NCBI GenBank assembly: GCA_040954595.2
Contig: JBECUI020000029.1
Location: 124,001 to 188,000 of the forward strand
From: Balanoglossus misakiensis
Lineage: Eukaryota; Animalia; Hemichordata
Reading direction: 5' to 3'
Length of the DNA: 64,000 bases
The notes under the pieces are model-generated. The model was not told the origin of the DNA and made no database searches. It saw only the letters and a program-made list of their open reading frames with translations. This document shows positions 40,001-54,181 of the stretch, piece by piece; the stretch's first letter is position 1; the number at the start of each line of letters is the position of its first letter. The translations under genes and the position numbers were made by a program.

Positions 40001-43000
40001 AGACATTTAATTGGCAAGCCGTCCTGCATCAATTATTAATTGTGTACATGCACTAAAGCGCCCTCACTGCTGGGTGTGTTGTATGGTCTTTAACCCTGTT
40101 TCAAATTAGAGTACTTTCTGCAATTTCAAGACAGATCTTACGTGCCATTGGAGAGCTCCATTGACTGGTCATTCATACTGTTTTCATTCATTCATTGCGG
40201 CATCAATATATTTTATCTATTCTAGCCAAAGAGCTTGGCACCTGTTGAAATGAACTCATCTGCTGTGGGCCAGTTTATTGGTGGCAGTTGAGCTGAGGAG
40301 AGCACCTTCTTTCCCGGCACGCCACCAAGTAAAGTTCCACGCCGCCCACCACAGATGCCAGCATTCATTCATGCGAGTGAGTGTAATTGCAAATTTGCCT
40401 ATTTACGTGCCATTGGAGAGCTCCATTGACTGGTCATTCATACTGTTTTCATTCATTCATTGCGGCATCAATATATTTTATCTATTCTAGCCAAAGAGCT
40501 TGGCACCTGTTGAAATGAACTCATCTGCTGTGGGCCAGTTTATTGGTGGCAGTTGAGCTGAGGAGAGCACCTTCCTTCCCGGCACGCCACCAAGTAAAGT
40601 TCCACGCCGCCCACCACAGATGCCAGCATTCATTCATGCGAGTGAGTGTAATTGCAAATTTGCCTATTCTAGATCTGTAATGGAAATGGAGAAAGTACCT
40701 TATATTTTCTGTAAAATAGACATTTAATTGGCAAGCCGTCCTGCATCAATTATTAATTGTGTACATGCACTAAAGCGCCCTCACTGCTGGGTGTGTTGTA
40801 TGGTCTTTAACCCTGTTTCAAATTAGAGTACTTTCTGCAATTTCAAGACAGATCTTACGTGCCATTGGAGAGCTCCATTGACTGGTCATTCATACTGTTT
40901 TCATTCATTCATTGCGGCATCAATATATTTTATCTATTCTAGCCAAAGAGCTTGGCACCTGTTGAAATGAACTCATCTGCTGTGGGCCAGTTTATTGGTG
41001 GCAGTTGAGCTGAGGAGAGCACCTTCCTTCCCGGCACGCCACCAAGTAAAGTTCCACGCCGCCCACCACAGATGCCAGCATTCATTCATGCGAGTGAGTG
41101 TAATTGCAAATTTGCCTATTCTAGAATTCTTACGTGCCATTGGAGAGCTCCATTGACTGGTCATTCATACTGTTTTCATTCATTCATTGCGGCATCAATA
41201 TATTTTATCTATTCTAGCCAAAGAGCTTGGCACCTGTTGAAATGAACTCATCTGCTGTGGGCCAGTTTATTGGTGGCAGTTGAGCTGAGGAGAGCACCTT
41301 CCTTCCCGGCACGCCACCAAGTAAAGTTCCACGCCGCCCACCACAGATGCCAGCATTCATTCATGCGAGTGAGTGTAATTGCAAATTTGCCTATTCTAGA
41401 TCTGTAATGGAAATGGAGAAAGTACCTTATATTTTCTGTAAAATAGACATTTAATTGGCAAGCCGTCCTGCATCAATTATTAATTGTGTACATGCACTAA
41501 AGCGCCCTCACTGCTGGGTGTGTTGTATGGTCTTTAACCCTGTTTCAAATTAGAGTACTTTCTGCAATTTCAAGACAGATCTTACGTGCCATTGGAGAGC
41601 TCCATTGACTGGTCATTCATACTGTTTTCATTCATTCATTGCGGCATCAATATATTTTATCTATTCTAGCCAAAGAGCTTGGCACCTGTTGAAATGAACT
41701 CATCTGCTGTGGGCCAGTTTATTGGTGGCAGTTGAGCTGAGGAGAGCACCTTCTTTCCCGGCACGCCACCAAGTAAAGTTCCACGCCGCCCACCACAGAT
41801 GCCAGCATTCATTCATGCGAGTGAGTGTAATTGCAAATTTGCCTATTCTAGAATCTTACGTGCCATTGGAGAGCTCCATTGACTGGTCATTCATACTGTT
41901 TTCATTCATTCATTGCGGCATCAATATATTTTATCTATTCTAGCCAAAGAGCTTGGCACCTGTTGAAATGAACTCATCTGCTGTGGGCCAGTTTATTGGT
42001 GGCAGTTGAGCTGAGGAGAGCACCTTCTTTCCCGGCACGCCACCAAGTAAAGTTCCACGCCGCCCACCACAGATGCCAGCATTCATTCATGCGAGTGAGT
42101 GTAATTGCAAATTTGCCTATTTACGTGCCATTGGAGAGCTCCATTGACTGGTCATTCATACTGTTTTCATTCATTCATTGCGGCATCAATATATTTTATC
42201 TATTCTAGCCAAAGAGCTTGGCACCTGTTGAAATGAACTCATCTGCTGTGGGCCAGTTTATTGGTGGCAGTTGAGCTGAGGAGAGCACCTTCCTTCCCGG
42301 CACGCCACCAAGTAAAGTTCCACGCCGCCCACCACAGATGCCAGCATTCATTCATGCGAGTGAGTGTAATTGCAAATTTGCCTATTCTAGATCTGTAATG
42401 GAAATGGAGAAAGTACCTTATATTTTCTGTAAAATAGACATTTAATTGGCAAGCCGTCCTGCATCAATTATTAATTGTGTACATGCACTAAAGCGCCCTC
42501 ACTGCTGGGTGTGTTGTATGGTCTTTAACCCTGTTTCAAATTAGAGTACTTTCTGCAATTTCAAGACAGATCTTACGTGCCATTGGAGAGCTCCATTGAC
42601 TGGTCATTCATACTGTTTTCATTCATTCATTGCGGCATCAATATATTTTATCTATTCTAGCCAAAGAGCTTGGCACCTGTTGAAATGAACTCATCTGCTG
42701 TGGGCCAGTTTATTGGTGGCAGTTGAGCTGAGGAGAGCACCTTCTTTCCCGGCACGCCACCAAGTAAAGTTCCACGCCGCCCACCACAGATGCCAGCATT
42801 CATTCATGCGAGTGAGTGTAATTGCAAATTTGCCTATTCTAGAATCTTACGTGCCATTGGAGAGCTCCATTGACTGGTCATTCATACTGTTTTCATTCAT
42901 TCATTGCGGCATCAATATATTTTATCTATTCTAGCCAAAGAGCTTGGCACCTGTTGAAATGAACTCATCTGCTGTGGGCCAGTTTATTGGTGGCAGTTGA

Positions 43001-46000
43001 GCTGAGGAGAGCACCTTCTTTCCCGGCACGCCACCAAGTAAAGTTCCACGCCGCCCACCACAGATGCCAGCATTCATTCATGCGAGTGAGTGTAATTGCA
43101 AATTTGCCTATTCTAGAATCTTACGTGCCATTGGAGAGCTCCATTGACTGGTCATTCATACTGTTTTCATTCATTCATTGCGGCATCAATATATTTTATC
43201 TATTCTAGCCAAAGAGCTTGGCACCTGTTGAAATGAACTCATCTGCTGTGGGCCAGTTTATTGGTGGCAGTTGAGCTGAGGAGAGCACCTTCCTTCCCGG
43301 CACGCCACCAAGTAAAGTTCCACGCCGCCCACCACAGATGCCAGCATTCATTCATGCGAGTGAGTGTAATTGCAAATTTGCCTATTCTAGAATCTTACGT
43401 GCCATTGGAGAGCTCCATTGACTGGTCATTCATACTGTTTTCATTCATTCATTGCGGCATCAATATATTTTATCTATTCTAGCCAAAGAGCTTGGCACCT
43501 GTTGAAATGAACTCATCTGCTGTGGGCCAGTTTATTGGTGGCAGTTGAGCTGAGGAGAGCACCTTCCTTCCCGGCACGCCACCAAGTAAAGTTCCACGCC
43601 GCCCACCACAGATGCCAGCATTCATTCATGCGAGTGAGTGTAATTGCAAATTTGCCTATTCTAGAATCTTACGTGCCATTGGAGAGCTCCATTGACTGGT
43701 CATTCATACTGTTTTCATTCATTCATTGCGGCATCAATATATTTTATCTATTCTAGCCGAAGAGCTTGGCACCTGTTGAAATGAACTCATCTGCTGTGGG
43801 CCAGTTTATTGGTGGCAGTTGAGCTGAGGAGAGCACCTTCCTTCCCGGCACGCCACCAAGTAAAGTTCCACGCCGCCCACCACAGATGCCAGCATTCATT
43901 CATGCGAGTGAGTGTAATTGCAAATTTGCCTATTCTAGATCTGTAATGGAAATGGAGAAAGTACCTTATATTTTCTGTAAAATAGACATTTAATTGGCAA
44001 GCCGTCCTGCATCAATTATTAATTGTGTACATGCACTAAAGCGCCCTCACTGCTGGGTGTGTTGTATGGTCTTTAACCCTGTTTCAAATTAGAGTACTTT
44101 CTGCAATTTCAAGACAGATCTTACGTGCCATTGGAGAGCTCCATTGACTGGTCATTCATACTGTTTTCATTCATTCATTGCGGCATCAATATATTTTATC
44201 TATTCTAGCCAAAGAGCTTGGCACCTGTTGAAATGAACTCATCTGCTGTGGGCCAGTTTATTGGTGGCAGTTGAGCTGAGGAGAGCACCTTCCTTCCCGG
44301 CACGCCACCAAGTAAAGTTCCACGCCGCCCACCACAGATGCCAGCATTCATTCATGCGAGTGAGTGTAATTGCAAATTTGCCTATTCTAGATTCTTACGT
44401 GCCATTGGAGAGCTCCATTGACTGGTCATTCATACTGTTTTCATTCATTCATTGCGGCATCAATATATTTTATCTATTCTAGCCAAAGAGCTTGGCACCT
44501 GTTGAAATGAACTCATCTGCTGTGGGCCAGTTTATTGGTGGCAGTTGAGCTGAGGAGAGCACCTTCCTTCCCGGCACGCCACCAAGTAAAGTTCCACGCC
44601 GCCCACCACAGATGCCAGCATTCATTCATGCGAGTGAGTGTAATTGCAAATTTGCCTATTCTAGAATCTTACGTGCCATTGGAGAGCTCCATTGACTGGT
44701 CATTCATACTGTTTTCATTCATTCATTGCGGCATCAATATATTTTATCTATTCTAGCCAAAGAGCTTGGCACCTGTTGAAATGAACTCATCTGCTGTGGG
44801 CCAGTTTATTGGTGGCAGTTGAGCTGAGGAGAGCACCTTCCTTCCCGGCACGCCACCAAGTAAAGTTCCACGCCGCCCACCACAGATGCCAGCATTCATT
44901 CATGCGAGTGAGTGTAATTGCAAATTTGCCTATTCTAGATCTGTAATGGAAATGGAGAAAGTACCTTATATTTTCTGTAAAATAGACATTTAATTGGCAA
45001 GCCGTCCTGCATCAATTATTAATTGTGTACATGCACTAAAGCGCCCTCACTGCTGGGTGTGTTGTATGGTCTTTAACCCTGTTTCAAATTAGAGTACTTT
45101 CTGCAATTTCAAGACAGATCTTACGTGCCATTGGAGAGCTCCATTGACTGGTCATTCATACTGTTTTCATTCATTCATTGCGGCATCAATATATTTTATC
45201 TATTCTAGCCAAAGAGCTTGGCACCTGTTGAAATGAACTCATCTGCTGTGGGCCAGTTTATTGGTGGCAGTTGAGCTGAGGAGAGCACCTTCCTTCCCGG
45301 CACGCCACCAAGTAAAGTTCCACGCCGCCCACCACAGATGCCAGCATTCATTCATGCGAGTGAGTGTAATTGCAAATTTGCCTATTCTAGATCTGTAATG
45401 GAAATGGAGAAAGTACCTTATATTTTCTGTAAAATAGACATTTAATTGGCAAGCCGTCCTGCATCAATTATTAATTGTGTACATGCACTAAAGCGCCCTC
45501 ACTGCTGGGTGTGTTGTATGGTCTTTAACCCTGTTTCAAATTAGAGTACTTTCTGCAATTTCAAGACAGATCTTACGTGCCATTGGAGAGCTCCATTGAC
45601 TGGTCATTCATACTGTTTTCATTCATTCATTGCGGCATCAATATATTTTATCTATTCTAGCCAAAGAGCTTGGCACCTGTTGAAATGAACTCATCTGCTG
45701 TGGGCCAGTTTATTGGTGGCAGTTGAGCTGAGGAGAGCACCTTCCTTCCCGGCACGCCACCAAGTAAAGTTCCACGCCGCCCACCACAGATGCCAGCATT
45801 CATTCATGCGAGTGAGTGTAATTGCAAATTTGCCTATTCTAGATCTGTAATGGAAATGGAGAAAGTACCTTATATTTTCTGTAAAATAGACATTTAATTG
45901 GCAAGCCGTCCTGCATCAATTATTAATTGTGTACATGCACTAAAGCGCCCTCACTGCTGGGTGTGTTGTATGGTCTTTAACCCTGTTTCAAATTAGAGTA

Positions 46001-48914
46001 CTTTCTGCAATTTCAAGACAGATCTTACGTGCCATTGGAGAGCTCCATTGACTGGTCATTCATACTGTTTTCATTCATTCATTGCGGCATCAATATATTT
46101 TATCTATTCTAGCCAAAGAGCTTGGCACCTGTTGAAATGAACTCATCTGCTGTGGGCCAGTTTATTGGTGGCAGTTGAGCTGAGGAGAGCACCTTCCTTC
46201 CCGGCACGCCACCAAGTAAAGTTCCACGCCGCCCACCACAGATGCCAGCATTCATTCATGCGAGTGAGTGTAATTGCAAATTTGCCTATTCTAGATCTGT
46301 AATGGAAATGGAGAAAGTACCTTATATTTTCTGTAAAATAGACATTTAATTGGCAAGCCGTCCTGCATCAATTATGAATTGTGTACATGCACTAAAGCGC
46401 CCTCACTGCTGGGTGTGTTGTATGGTCTTTAACCCTGTTTCAAATTAGAGTACTTTCTGCAATTTCAAGACAGATCTTACGTGCCATTGGAGAGCTCCAT
46501 TGACTGGTCATTCATACTGTTTTCATTCATTCATTGCGGCATCAATATATTTTATCTATTCTAGCCAAAGAGCTTGGCACCTGTTGAAATGAACTCATCT
46601 GCTGTGGGCCAGTTTATTGGTGGCAGTTGAGCTGAGAAGAGCACCTTCCTTCCCGGCACGCCACCAAGTAAAGTTCCACGCCGCCCACCACAGATGCCAG
46701 CATTCATTCATGCGAGTGAGTGTAATTGCAAATTTGCCTATTCTAGATCTGTAATGGAAATGGAGAAAGTACCTTATATTTTCTGTAAAATAGACATTTA
46801 ATTGGCAAGCCGTCCTGCATCAATTATGAATTGTGTACATGCACTAAAGCGCCCTCACTGCTGGGTGTGTTGTATGGTCTTTAACCCTGTTTCAAATTAG
46901 AGTACTTTCTGCAATTTCAAGACAGATCTTACGTGCCATTGGAGAGCTCCATTGACTGGTCATTCATACTGTTTTCATTCATTCATTGCGGCATCAATAT
47001 ATTTTATCTATTCTAGCCAAAGAGCTTGGCACCTGTTGAAATGAACTCATCTGCTGTGGGCCAGTTTATTGGTGGCAGTTGAGCTGAGCAGAGCACCTTC
47101 CTTCCCGGCACGCCACCAAGTAAAGTTCCACGCCGCCCACCACAGATGCCAGCATTCATTCATGCGAGTGAGTGTAATTGCAAATTTGCCTATTCTAGAT
47201 CTGTAATGGAAATGGAGAAAGTACCTTATATTTTCTGTAAAATAGACATTTAATTGGCAAGCCGTCCTGCATCAATTATGAATTGTGTACATGCACTAAA
47301 GCGCCCTCACTGCTGGGTGTGTTGTATGGTCTTTAACCCTGTTTCAAATTAGAGTACTTTCTGCAATTTCAAGACAGATCTTACGTGCCATTGGAGAGCT
47401 CCATTGACTGGTCATTCATACTGTTTTCATTCATTCATTGCGGCATCAATATATTTTATCTATTCTAGCCAAAGAGCTTGGCACCTGTTGAAATGAACTC
47501 ATCTGCTGTGGGCCAGTTTATTGGTGGCAGTTGAGCTGAGAAGAGCACCTTCCTTCCCGGCACGCCACCAAGTAAAGTTCCACGCCGCCCACCACAGATG
47601 CCAGCATTCATTCATGCGAGTGAGTGTAATTGCAAATTTGCCTATTCTAGATCTGTAATGGAAATGGAGAAAGTACCTTATATTTTCTGTAAAATAGACA
47701 TTTAATTGGCAAGCCGTCCTGCATCAATTATGAATTGTGTACATGCACTAAAGCGCCCTCACTGCTGGGTGTGTTGTATGGTCTTTAACCCTGTTTCAAA
47801 TTAGAGTACTTTCTGCAATTTCAAGACAGATCTTACGTGCCATTGGAGAGCTCCATTGACTGGTCATTCATACTGTTTTCATTCATTCATTGCGGCATCA
47901 ATATATTTTATCTATTCTAGCCAAAGAGCTTGGCACCTGTTGAAATGAACTCATCTGCTGTGGGCCAGTTTATTGGTGGCAGTTGAGCTGAGGAGAGCAC
48001 CTTCCTTCCCGGCACGCCACCAAGTAAAGTTCCACGCCGCCCACCACAGATGCCAGCATTCATTCATGCGAGTGAGTGTAATTGCAAATTTGCCTATTCT
48101 AGATCTGTAATGGAAATGGAGAAAGTACCTTATATTTTCTGTAAAATAGACATTTAATTGGCAAGCCGTCCTGCATCAATTATTAATTGTGTACATGCAC
48201 TAAAGCGCCCTCACTGCTGGGTGTGTTGTATGGTCTTTAACCCTGTTTCAAATTAGAGTACTTTCTGCAATTTCAAGACAGATCTTACGTGCCATTGGAG
48301 AGCTCCATTGACTGGTCATTCATACTGTTTTCATTCATTCATTGCGGCATCAATATATTTTACAGCCGAAATTATGAAAGGTCGCCGATTCAATATGTGA
48401 TCTAGACGTCCTGTGTGCACTGAACACACGATGTGTTTATCTAACACAAACAACAGAACCTCTCATAAAAGAGATGCGGTATCATTAGACTAATTACAGA
48501 TGGTAGTCTGGAAACACGCTCCCCCTCAGAGAGAGTTGTTTACTTGGGTACGATGTCAAAGTTTAATCTCAAAGTGTATACGCTTTATGTTGAGAGTGTA
48601 CCCAAGTAAACAACTCTCTCTGAGGGGGAGCGTGTTTCCAGACTACCATCTGTAATTAGTCTAATGATACCGCATCTCTTTTATGAGAGGTTCTGTTGTT
48701 TGTGTTAGATAAACACATCGTGTGTTCAGTGCACACAGGACGTCTAGATCACATATTGAATCGGCGACCTTTCATAATTTCGGCTGTATCTATTCTAGCC
48801 AAAGAGCTTGGCACCTGTTGAAATGAACTCATCTGCTGTGGGCCAGTTTATTGGTGGCAGTTGAGCTGAGGAGAGCACCTTCCTTCCCGGCACGCCACCA
48901 AGTACAGTTCCACG
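25038..48914. repeat. Satellite array 2 (includes a rearranged HOR and one MITE insertion)
   Basis: Same monomers and orientation; resumes at aagtaccttat (25038). Confidence 0.99.
48363..48786. mobile_element. 424-bp foldback MITE, TA TSD (Tc1/mariner/pogo-type)
   Basis: 189-bp apparently perfect TIRs (48363-48551, 48598-48786), 46-bp spacer, CAG...CTG ends, TA duplicated at 48361-62 and 48787-88. Other monomers show the empty site atattttatctattc. Confidence 0.95.
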
Positions 48915-50707
48915 TGCATTCCTGGCCCTGGTTTTATTTATGTTTACAGACAATATTGCATTTTTGTACAAGTATTTTAATCAACTATAAATTTTGAATG
49001 TGTCATTTACCTGAACCGGTCATGTTGACCAGAATGATACATTTCTGCCTTCACTCACCCTATAAATATGTGATTGAGACATAGGTCATTTGCATAAGCT
49101 AACATACCAGAAAGTAAGCATATCTGTTGTTTTCCCTGTGTCACTGCCATCAAAGTAAAAATTAGACGTTGTGTAGAGCAAACTCCAATTTTTTGTTCTC
49201 AATAAACATGGATGAATTACATAGAATGTGTTTGTTGTTTACAGTCTTTAAATGACACATTAGATTATGCACTTTACAAAACGTTTCTGAGAAACAAGTG
49301 ACTAACTAGTTTCTTTCCACTGTGGCCAACGTGGTTCACTGTTTGTGTCAGAATCTCTCTGTTTTGCAAGGATTTTGAAATCATAGTGGTGACATGCATA
49401 GTGAAAATCAGCTACTTTCAAATGTCCGTCATGTTCATGCTGTAATTGAATTTTCAAAGCTGGGCTGGCGTGTTTTTTCTTATTTACATAAGTATCACAC
49501 TTTATACATGTATCTTCATGGGGTTTTTTGAGTCCCGTATTTAGGTCCTCTCTCACAATTTTACGAAATATCGTATAACTGACAGTTGTTCTTCCCAGAA
49601 GAGATTGGTTGGTTATGAACTCTCGGTGTAACTGCGATATACTGTGGGCCGGCGCCAGGTACGGTTTAAATCGAGGATTCCTGCAGTAGTGAGATTCTAC
49701 AATTCTGTGCCTGCGTACGTGTTCAGTGATATCAGTCAGCAAATTTGGATTGAGTTTCCGACGATGCCCTTTGTGTCGGCCCCTTGCATCTGGCATCAGA
49801 CCAGTAAAGTTCCATGTGCATTCCTGGCCCTGGTTTTATTTATGTTTACAGACAATATTGCATTTTTGTACAAGTATTTTAATCAACTATAAATTTTGAA
49901 TGTGTCATTTACCTGAACCGGTCATGTTGACCAGAATGATACATTTCTGCCTTCACTCACCCTATAAATATGTGATTGAGACATAGGTCATTTGCATAAG
50001 CTAACATACCAGAAAGTAAGCATATCTGATGTTTTCCCTGTGTCACTGCCATCAAAGTAAAAATTAGACGTTGTGTAGAGCAAACTCCAATTTTTTGTTC
50101 TCAATAAACATGGATGAATTACATAGAATGTGTTTGTTGTTTACAGTCTTTAAATGACACATTAGATTATGCACTTTACAAAACGTTTCTGAGAAACAAG
50201 TGACTAACTAGTTTCTTTCCACTGTGGCCAACGTGGTTCACTGTTTGTGTCAGAATCTCTCTGTTTTGCAAGGATTTTGAAATCATAGTGGTGACATGCA
50301 TAGTGAAAATCAGCTACTTTCAAATGTCCGTCATGTTCATGCTGTAATTGAATTTTCAAAGCTGGGCTGGCGTGTTTTTTCTTATTTACATAAGTATCAC
50401 ACTTTATACATGTATCTTCATGGGGTTTTCTGAGTCCCGTATTTAGGTCCTCTCTCACAATTTTACGAAATATCGTATAACTGACAGTTGTTCTTCCCAG
50501 AAGAGATTGGTTGGTTATGAACTCTCGGTGTAACTGCGATATACTGTGGTCCGGCGCCAGGTACGGTTTAAATCGAGGATTCCTGCAGTAGTGAGATTCT
50601 ACAATTCTGTGCCTGCGTACGTGTTCAGTGATATCAGTCAGCAAATTTGGATTGAGTTTCCGACGATGCCCTTTGTGTCGGCCCCTTGCATCTGGCATCA
50701 GACCAGT
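48901..50707. repeat. 902-bp tandem duplication, copy 2 cassette
   Basis: Same as 16871-18677 shifted by 32030. Confidence 0.93.
49302..49805 (-). pseudogene. 5'-truncated duplicate of the transposase N-half gene
   Basis: Same 164-aa ORF as 17272-17766. Confidence 0.75.
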
Positions 50708-51160
50708 TGAACAGTGCATCATTTTGCTTAGAACGGTTCTAGTCCGCCTCTCACTAATGCCAAATAATTTCAGGAATGCATTTTTGCAGACAGTAACCGT
50801 TTCACCGCCTTCATTCACCAGGTGATAACGAACCGATTTCTTGTGTGACTTCATCTGCATATCCATCAGTTTGTAGAGCATCAAGTTCTGTTCATTATAC
50901 ACGCGACCATCAAAATATTTTCTCGTGGTGCCTAAAACATGCGTACTCCCAAGCTTCCGCAGACAATTCCCTTGAACGCAGGCGCATTCCAAGGAAAGAC
51001 TGTCAATATCTGGAAAAGGGCGATTTTTCCTTGGTTTTTGTCTCGGACACGTCTTTTTAGAATTCCTACGTGGCTTGTTGGCTCGAGCTGACAGTTCGGT
51101 TCTGCGTTGCTGCCACACAGGAATGGGTTCCCACGCATAAGCAACTCCCCGGCAGGCCAT
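50204..51160 (-). CDS. Sola1-like transposase, N-terminal half (copy 2)
   Basis: Identical protein to copy 1 except M>L (GNCMRK vs GNCLRK). Confidence 0.8.
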   Translation of the reverse strand: MACRGVAYAWEPIPVWQQRRTELSARANKPRRNSKKTCPRQKPRKNRPFPDIDSLSLECACVQGNCLRKLGSTHVLGTTRKYFDGRVYNEQNLMLYKLMDMQMKSHKKSVRYHLVNEGGETVTVCKNAFLKLFGISERRTRTVLSKMMHCSTGLMPDARGRHKGHRRKLNPNLLTDITEHVRRHRIVESHYCRNPRFKPYLAPDHSISQLHREFITNQSLLGRTTVSYTIFRKIVREDLNTGLRKPHEDTCIKCDTYVNKKKHASPALKIQLQHEHDGHLKVADFHYACHHYDFKILAKQRDSDTNSEPRWPQWKETS

Positions 51161-51207
51161 GGTCACAGCTGAAGTATTTGTTCAAGTACTGACTGACTAA
51201 ACGCGGC

Positions 51208-52341
51208 ATGGAACAAACGAACGAACGACTTCACGTTCGGAAAAAAAATCGTTGCGAGCTGTTGGGTGCATGCCTCTATAGTTGTCGGCAACCGTTCTTT
51301 TTTATTGCTAAACAATGCTGTCAGAGCATGGAAGGTGTGGTGGAAAACGAACAGAGGTTTTGTACGACCAACGATTGGATGGTGCTACATATGGACTTCC
51401 ACAAGTCATTGCCGGTTCCTAAACTCAGCTCTGAAGACTTTTACTTTAAATCGAAATTGCAAATGAAGCTCCTTGGAATTTACAACGGGACAACGGAAAA
51501 GATGCATTGTTATGTATGGACAGAGCTCGATAGCAGAAAGTCTCCCGATGAAGTTATTACCTGTCTAAATCACTTTTTTTATAACTCGGGTGTGACCAGC
51601 AGACATGCAGTTATTTACAGCGACAACTGCCGTGCCGAATTCAAGTGTGGGAAGTTAATGTTTTACTATGACTATCTGTTACGAAAGGGCGTGTTTCGAC
51701 GAATTGACTATAAAACTCTTGTGGCTGGACACACGTACTCCACCTGTGACCGAGTTTTTGCGTCCATTGAAAGGCATGCAAGTCGTTTCCAGAGTATAGA
51801 GACACCTCACGATTGGACATCTGTGATTCGAGGATCTTCTCTGAATGGGAACATTGGAGTTACGGAGATGACTCACAGAGACTTTTTCAATTATTCTGAT
51901 TTCCTGAAAAATGAGTACGTTGTGCGTTATGCAGATACAAACAATGTAACTTTTTACTACCAAGCCATGCACTATTTTAATTTTGGAGAAGGAGAAAGGC
52001 TTGATACCGACGGCAACCTCAGAACATTTAGTCATGCAGATAAAGTTTGGGTGAGAACATCTCTAGATCCAAGCGAGACCCCGATTGTAGTCGACTTTAG
52101 AAAGAAGAAGCAGAACCGGCGTTTACAAGATTGTACGCTGAACAAACTTTATCAGGAACGTCGACCACTGGCGAGCAAAGTTTGGCGGGATCTTCAGAGT
52201 TTAGCCAAAAATTACCTGTCTCCGGAGGCAATAGAATTTTATAGGAATCTACCGCTTCAGGAGAGTAGTGGCACCTCTGCAGACCCGTACGCCTTTCATG
52301 ATGATGACGACGACGATGATGATGATATGGGCGGTGGTTGA
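51208..52341 (+). CDS. Sola1-like transposase, catalytic DDD half (copy 2)
   Basis: Identical 377-aa ORF to 19178-20311. Confidence 0.88.
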   Translation: MEQTNERLHVRKKNRCELLGACLYSCRQPFFFIAKQCCQSMEGVVENEQRFCTTNDWMVLHMDFHKSLPVPKLSSEDFYFKSKLQMKLLGIYNGTTEKMHCYVWTELDSRKSPDEVITCLNHFFYNSGVTSRHAVIYSDNCRAEFKCGKLMFYYDYLLRKGVFRRIDYKTLVAGHTYSTCDRVFASIERHASRFQSIETPHDWTSVIRGSSLNGNIGVTEMTHRDFFNYSDFLKNEYVVRYADTNNVTFYYQAMHYFNFGEGERLDTDGNLRTFSHADKVWVRTSLDPSETPIVVDFRKKKQNRRLQDCTLNKLYQERRPLASKVWRDLQSLAKNYLSPEAIEFYRNLPLQESSGTSADPYAFHDDDDDDDDDMGGG

Positions 52342-52840
52342 ATAAACTGTCCTTTTCATGACGACAGTGATTTTGGATATTTGATGTGCGTGCACAGTTT
52401 ATATGTAATATTTTCACACGAACGAGTTTTGACTGAATTTGATTAAAGAATGTACTCGATAATTAACAAATGTGCTGAATCGTGGTTATTATGTTGTTAA
52501 TTTTTGTTTGTTTGTTTGTTTGTTTGTTTGTTTGTTTGTTTGTAAACAATTTCCGTTCATTCAACTGGCTACAAAGTTGGATTTTTGTACTGGGAAGCGA
52601 TAAACTCGCACATCAAAACCGGGGAGACTCGATCATTTTTCCCTGCAGGTAGCCTGAAAAGCACCCGGGCAGAGATTACGTCATATATGGTCCACTTTAA
52701 TACGAAATTATGCAAATGTGACATTTCACGGAAACGGCGTATATAAAAGCGACCCTGGGCTATTGTTCGGAATGCGTCATCGACGAGAGAGTGACTGATA
52801 ATTCTTCTACCTCGAGTCAACCATTCTGTATATACTGAAC

Positions 52841-54181
52841 ATGGCTAGCTGGCGCAGGAAGAGACAAGGCAATGTGCGGTCTGTAATCAACGAACGGCAC
52901 CGCTCAGTTCAGTGTCCCTTTCTTCAAAAGTGGATCGGTGAGCAATTGGTATTTTCAGGTCGTTCAGAGGATGAAGTCCAGTCCAGTACTGTATTTGAGA
53001 GCTACAAATGTTGGGTTGAAAACTATTCGTCGGCGGACAATCAAGTAATGATTATGGTTACTAAAGCTCGATTTTTCAAGGTGAGAATGATCGCATTTTT
53101 CTTTCCCCCCCCCCCCTCCCTCCCTCCCTCCCTCCCCCAAGGGACTCGTTTTCTGTCTCTTTTAAACCTGTAACTTAACGAAAAGGAAGTTTTTCACATA
53201 TCTCTTCGTTGACACTATAGCAATTTGGAGCGCGGATGCTTCAAGAGAAGAGCGTTACCAAATCAAAGTCGGCCGGGGTTAATATTTATAGAGGTGTTCG
53301 TCTGAAAGCTGGTTCGCGAAGAATCTCAACGGGGAAACCTGAGCACAGTGTACTTCAGACCAGGGCAAGGGCATTTCTTGATGACGCCAGCGTGACCGTT
53401 CCGATCGAGGTAAGAATGGTGTTTTGTTTGGACTAGGACAATAGAACGTTGCAATGAGTGTGTCAATGGGTGTCCAAGTGCAAACGTGGTCTGCTTCTGT
53501 CCACAAATGCCATTAATTTTTGGCAGGATTTATAAAATTGTCAATGAAGAATACAAAAATGAAAAACAACAGTTAATAGCAAACTGGTAGGATTGCAAGG
53601 GCTTGTAAAACGGTACACACTGTACCAGGAAGTTTGCAACACTAATGAAGAATGTATATGATATATTTAGGTGAGAACTGTTCGCGATCGCCGGGACGCA
53701 GGACGGTGCGCGTTTTCGACGAGGGATATTCAAGCCTGGGACGTCGTCTGCGAATACCGGGGCACGGTTATTAGCGTTGAAGAAGCTAGTCGGCGTGATG
53801 AGCTTTACAGGGCAGAGGGGAAACGACCACGCATGTTCCATCTCTACATTGGAAAGAGACACGTTGTGTGAGTGTATCACTTAGTCGAATATATGGTCAT
53901 ATATTGCAAAGCATCTGTCGAAATAGAAAACGTAATATTGTCTATATTTTCCTCATTAACGCAGCATTGACGGATACGATGTCCCAGCCGGTGAAGAAAA
54001 TTTAGCAGGCCTAATAAATCACAGTCAGCAGAACGCCAACTTGGTACCGGTTCGGATCGGAGAGCGCCTGGTTTTCTTTGCAACCAGGAATCTTTGTCAG
54101 GGAGTAGAGCTTTTGTATGATTACGGTGACGGGGGTGAAGAGGATTTCTTCAGTGGTTCTCAAACTTTTCCTGAAAATTAA
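52841..54181 (+). CDS. Spliced wH + SETD8-like SET gene (copy 2)
   Basis: Exons 52841-53080, 53221-53409, 53671-53867, 53965-54181; the 3-bp length difference from copy 1 lies in intron 1. Confidence 0.85.
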
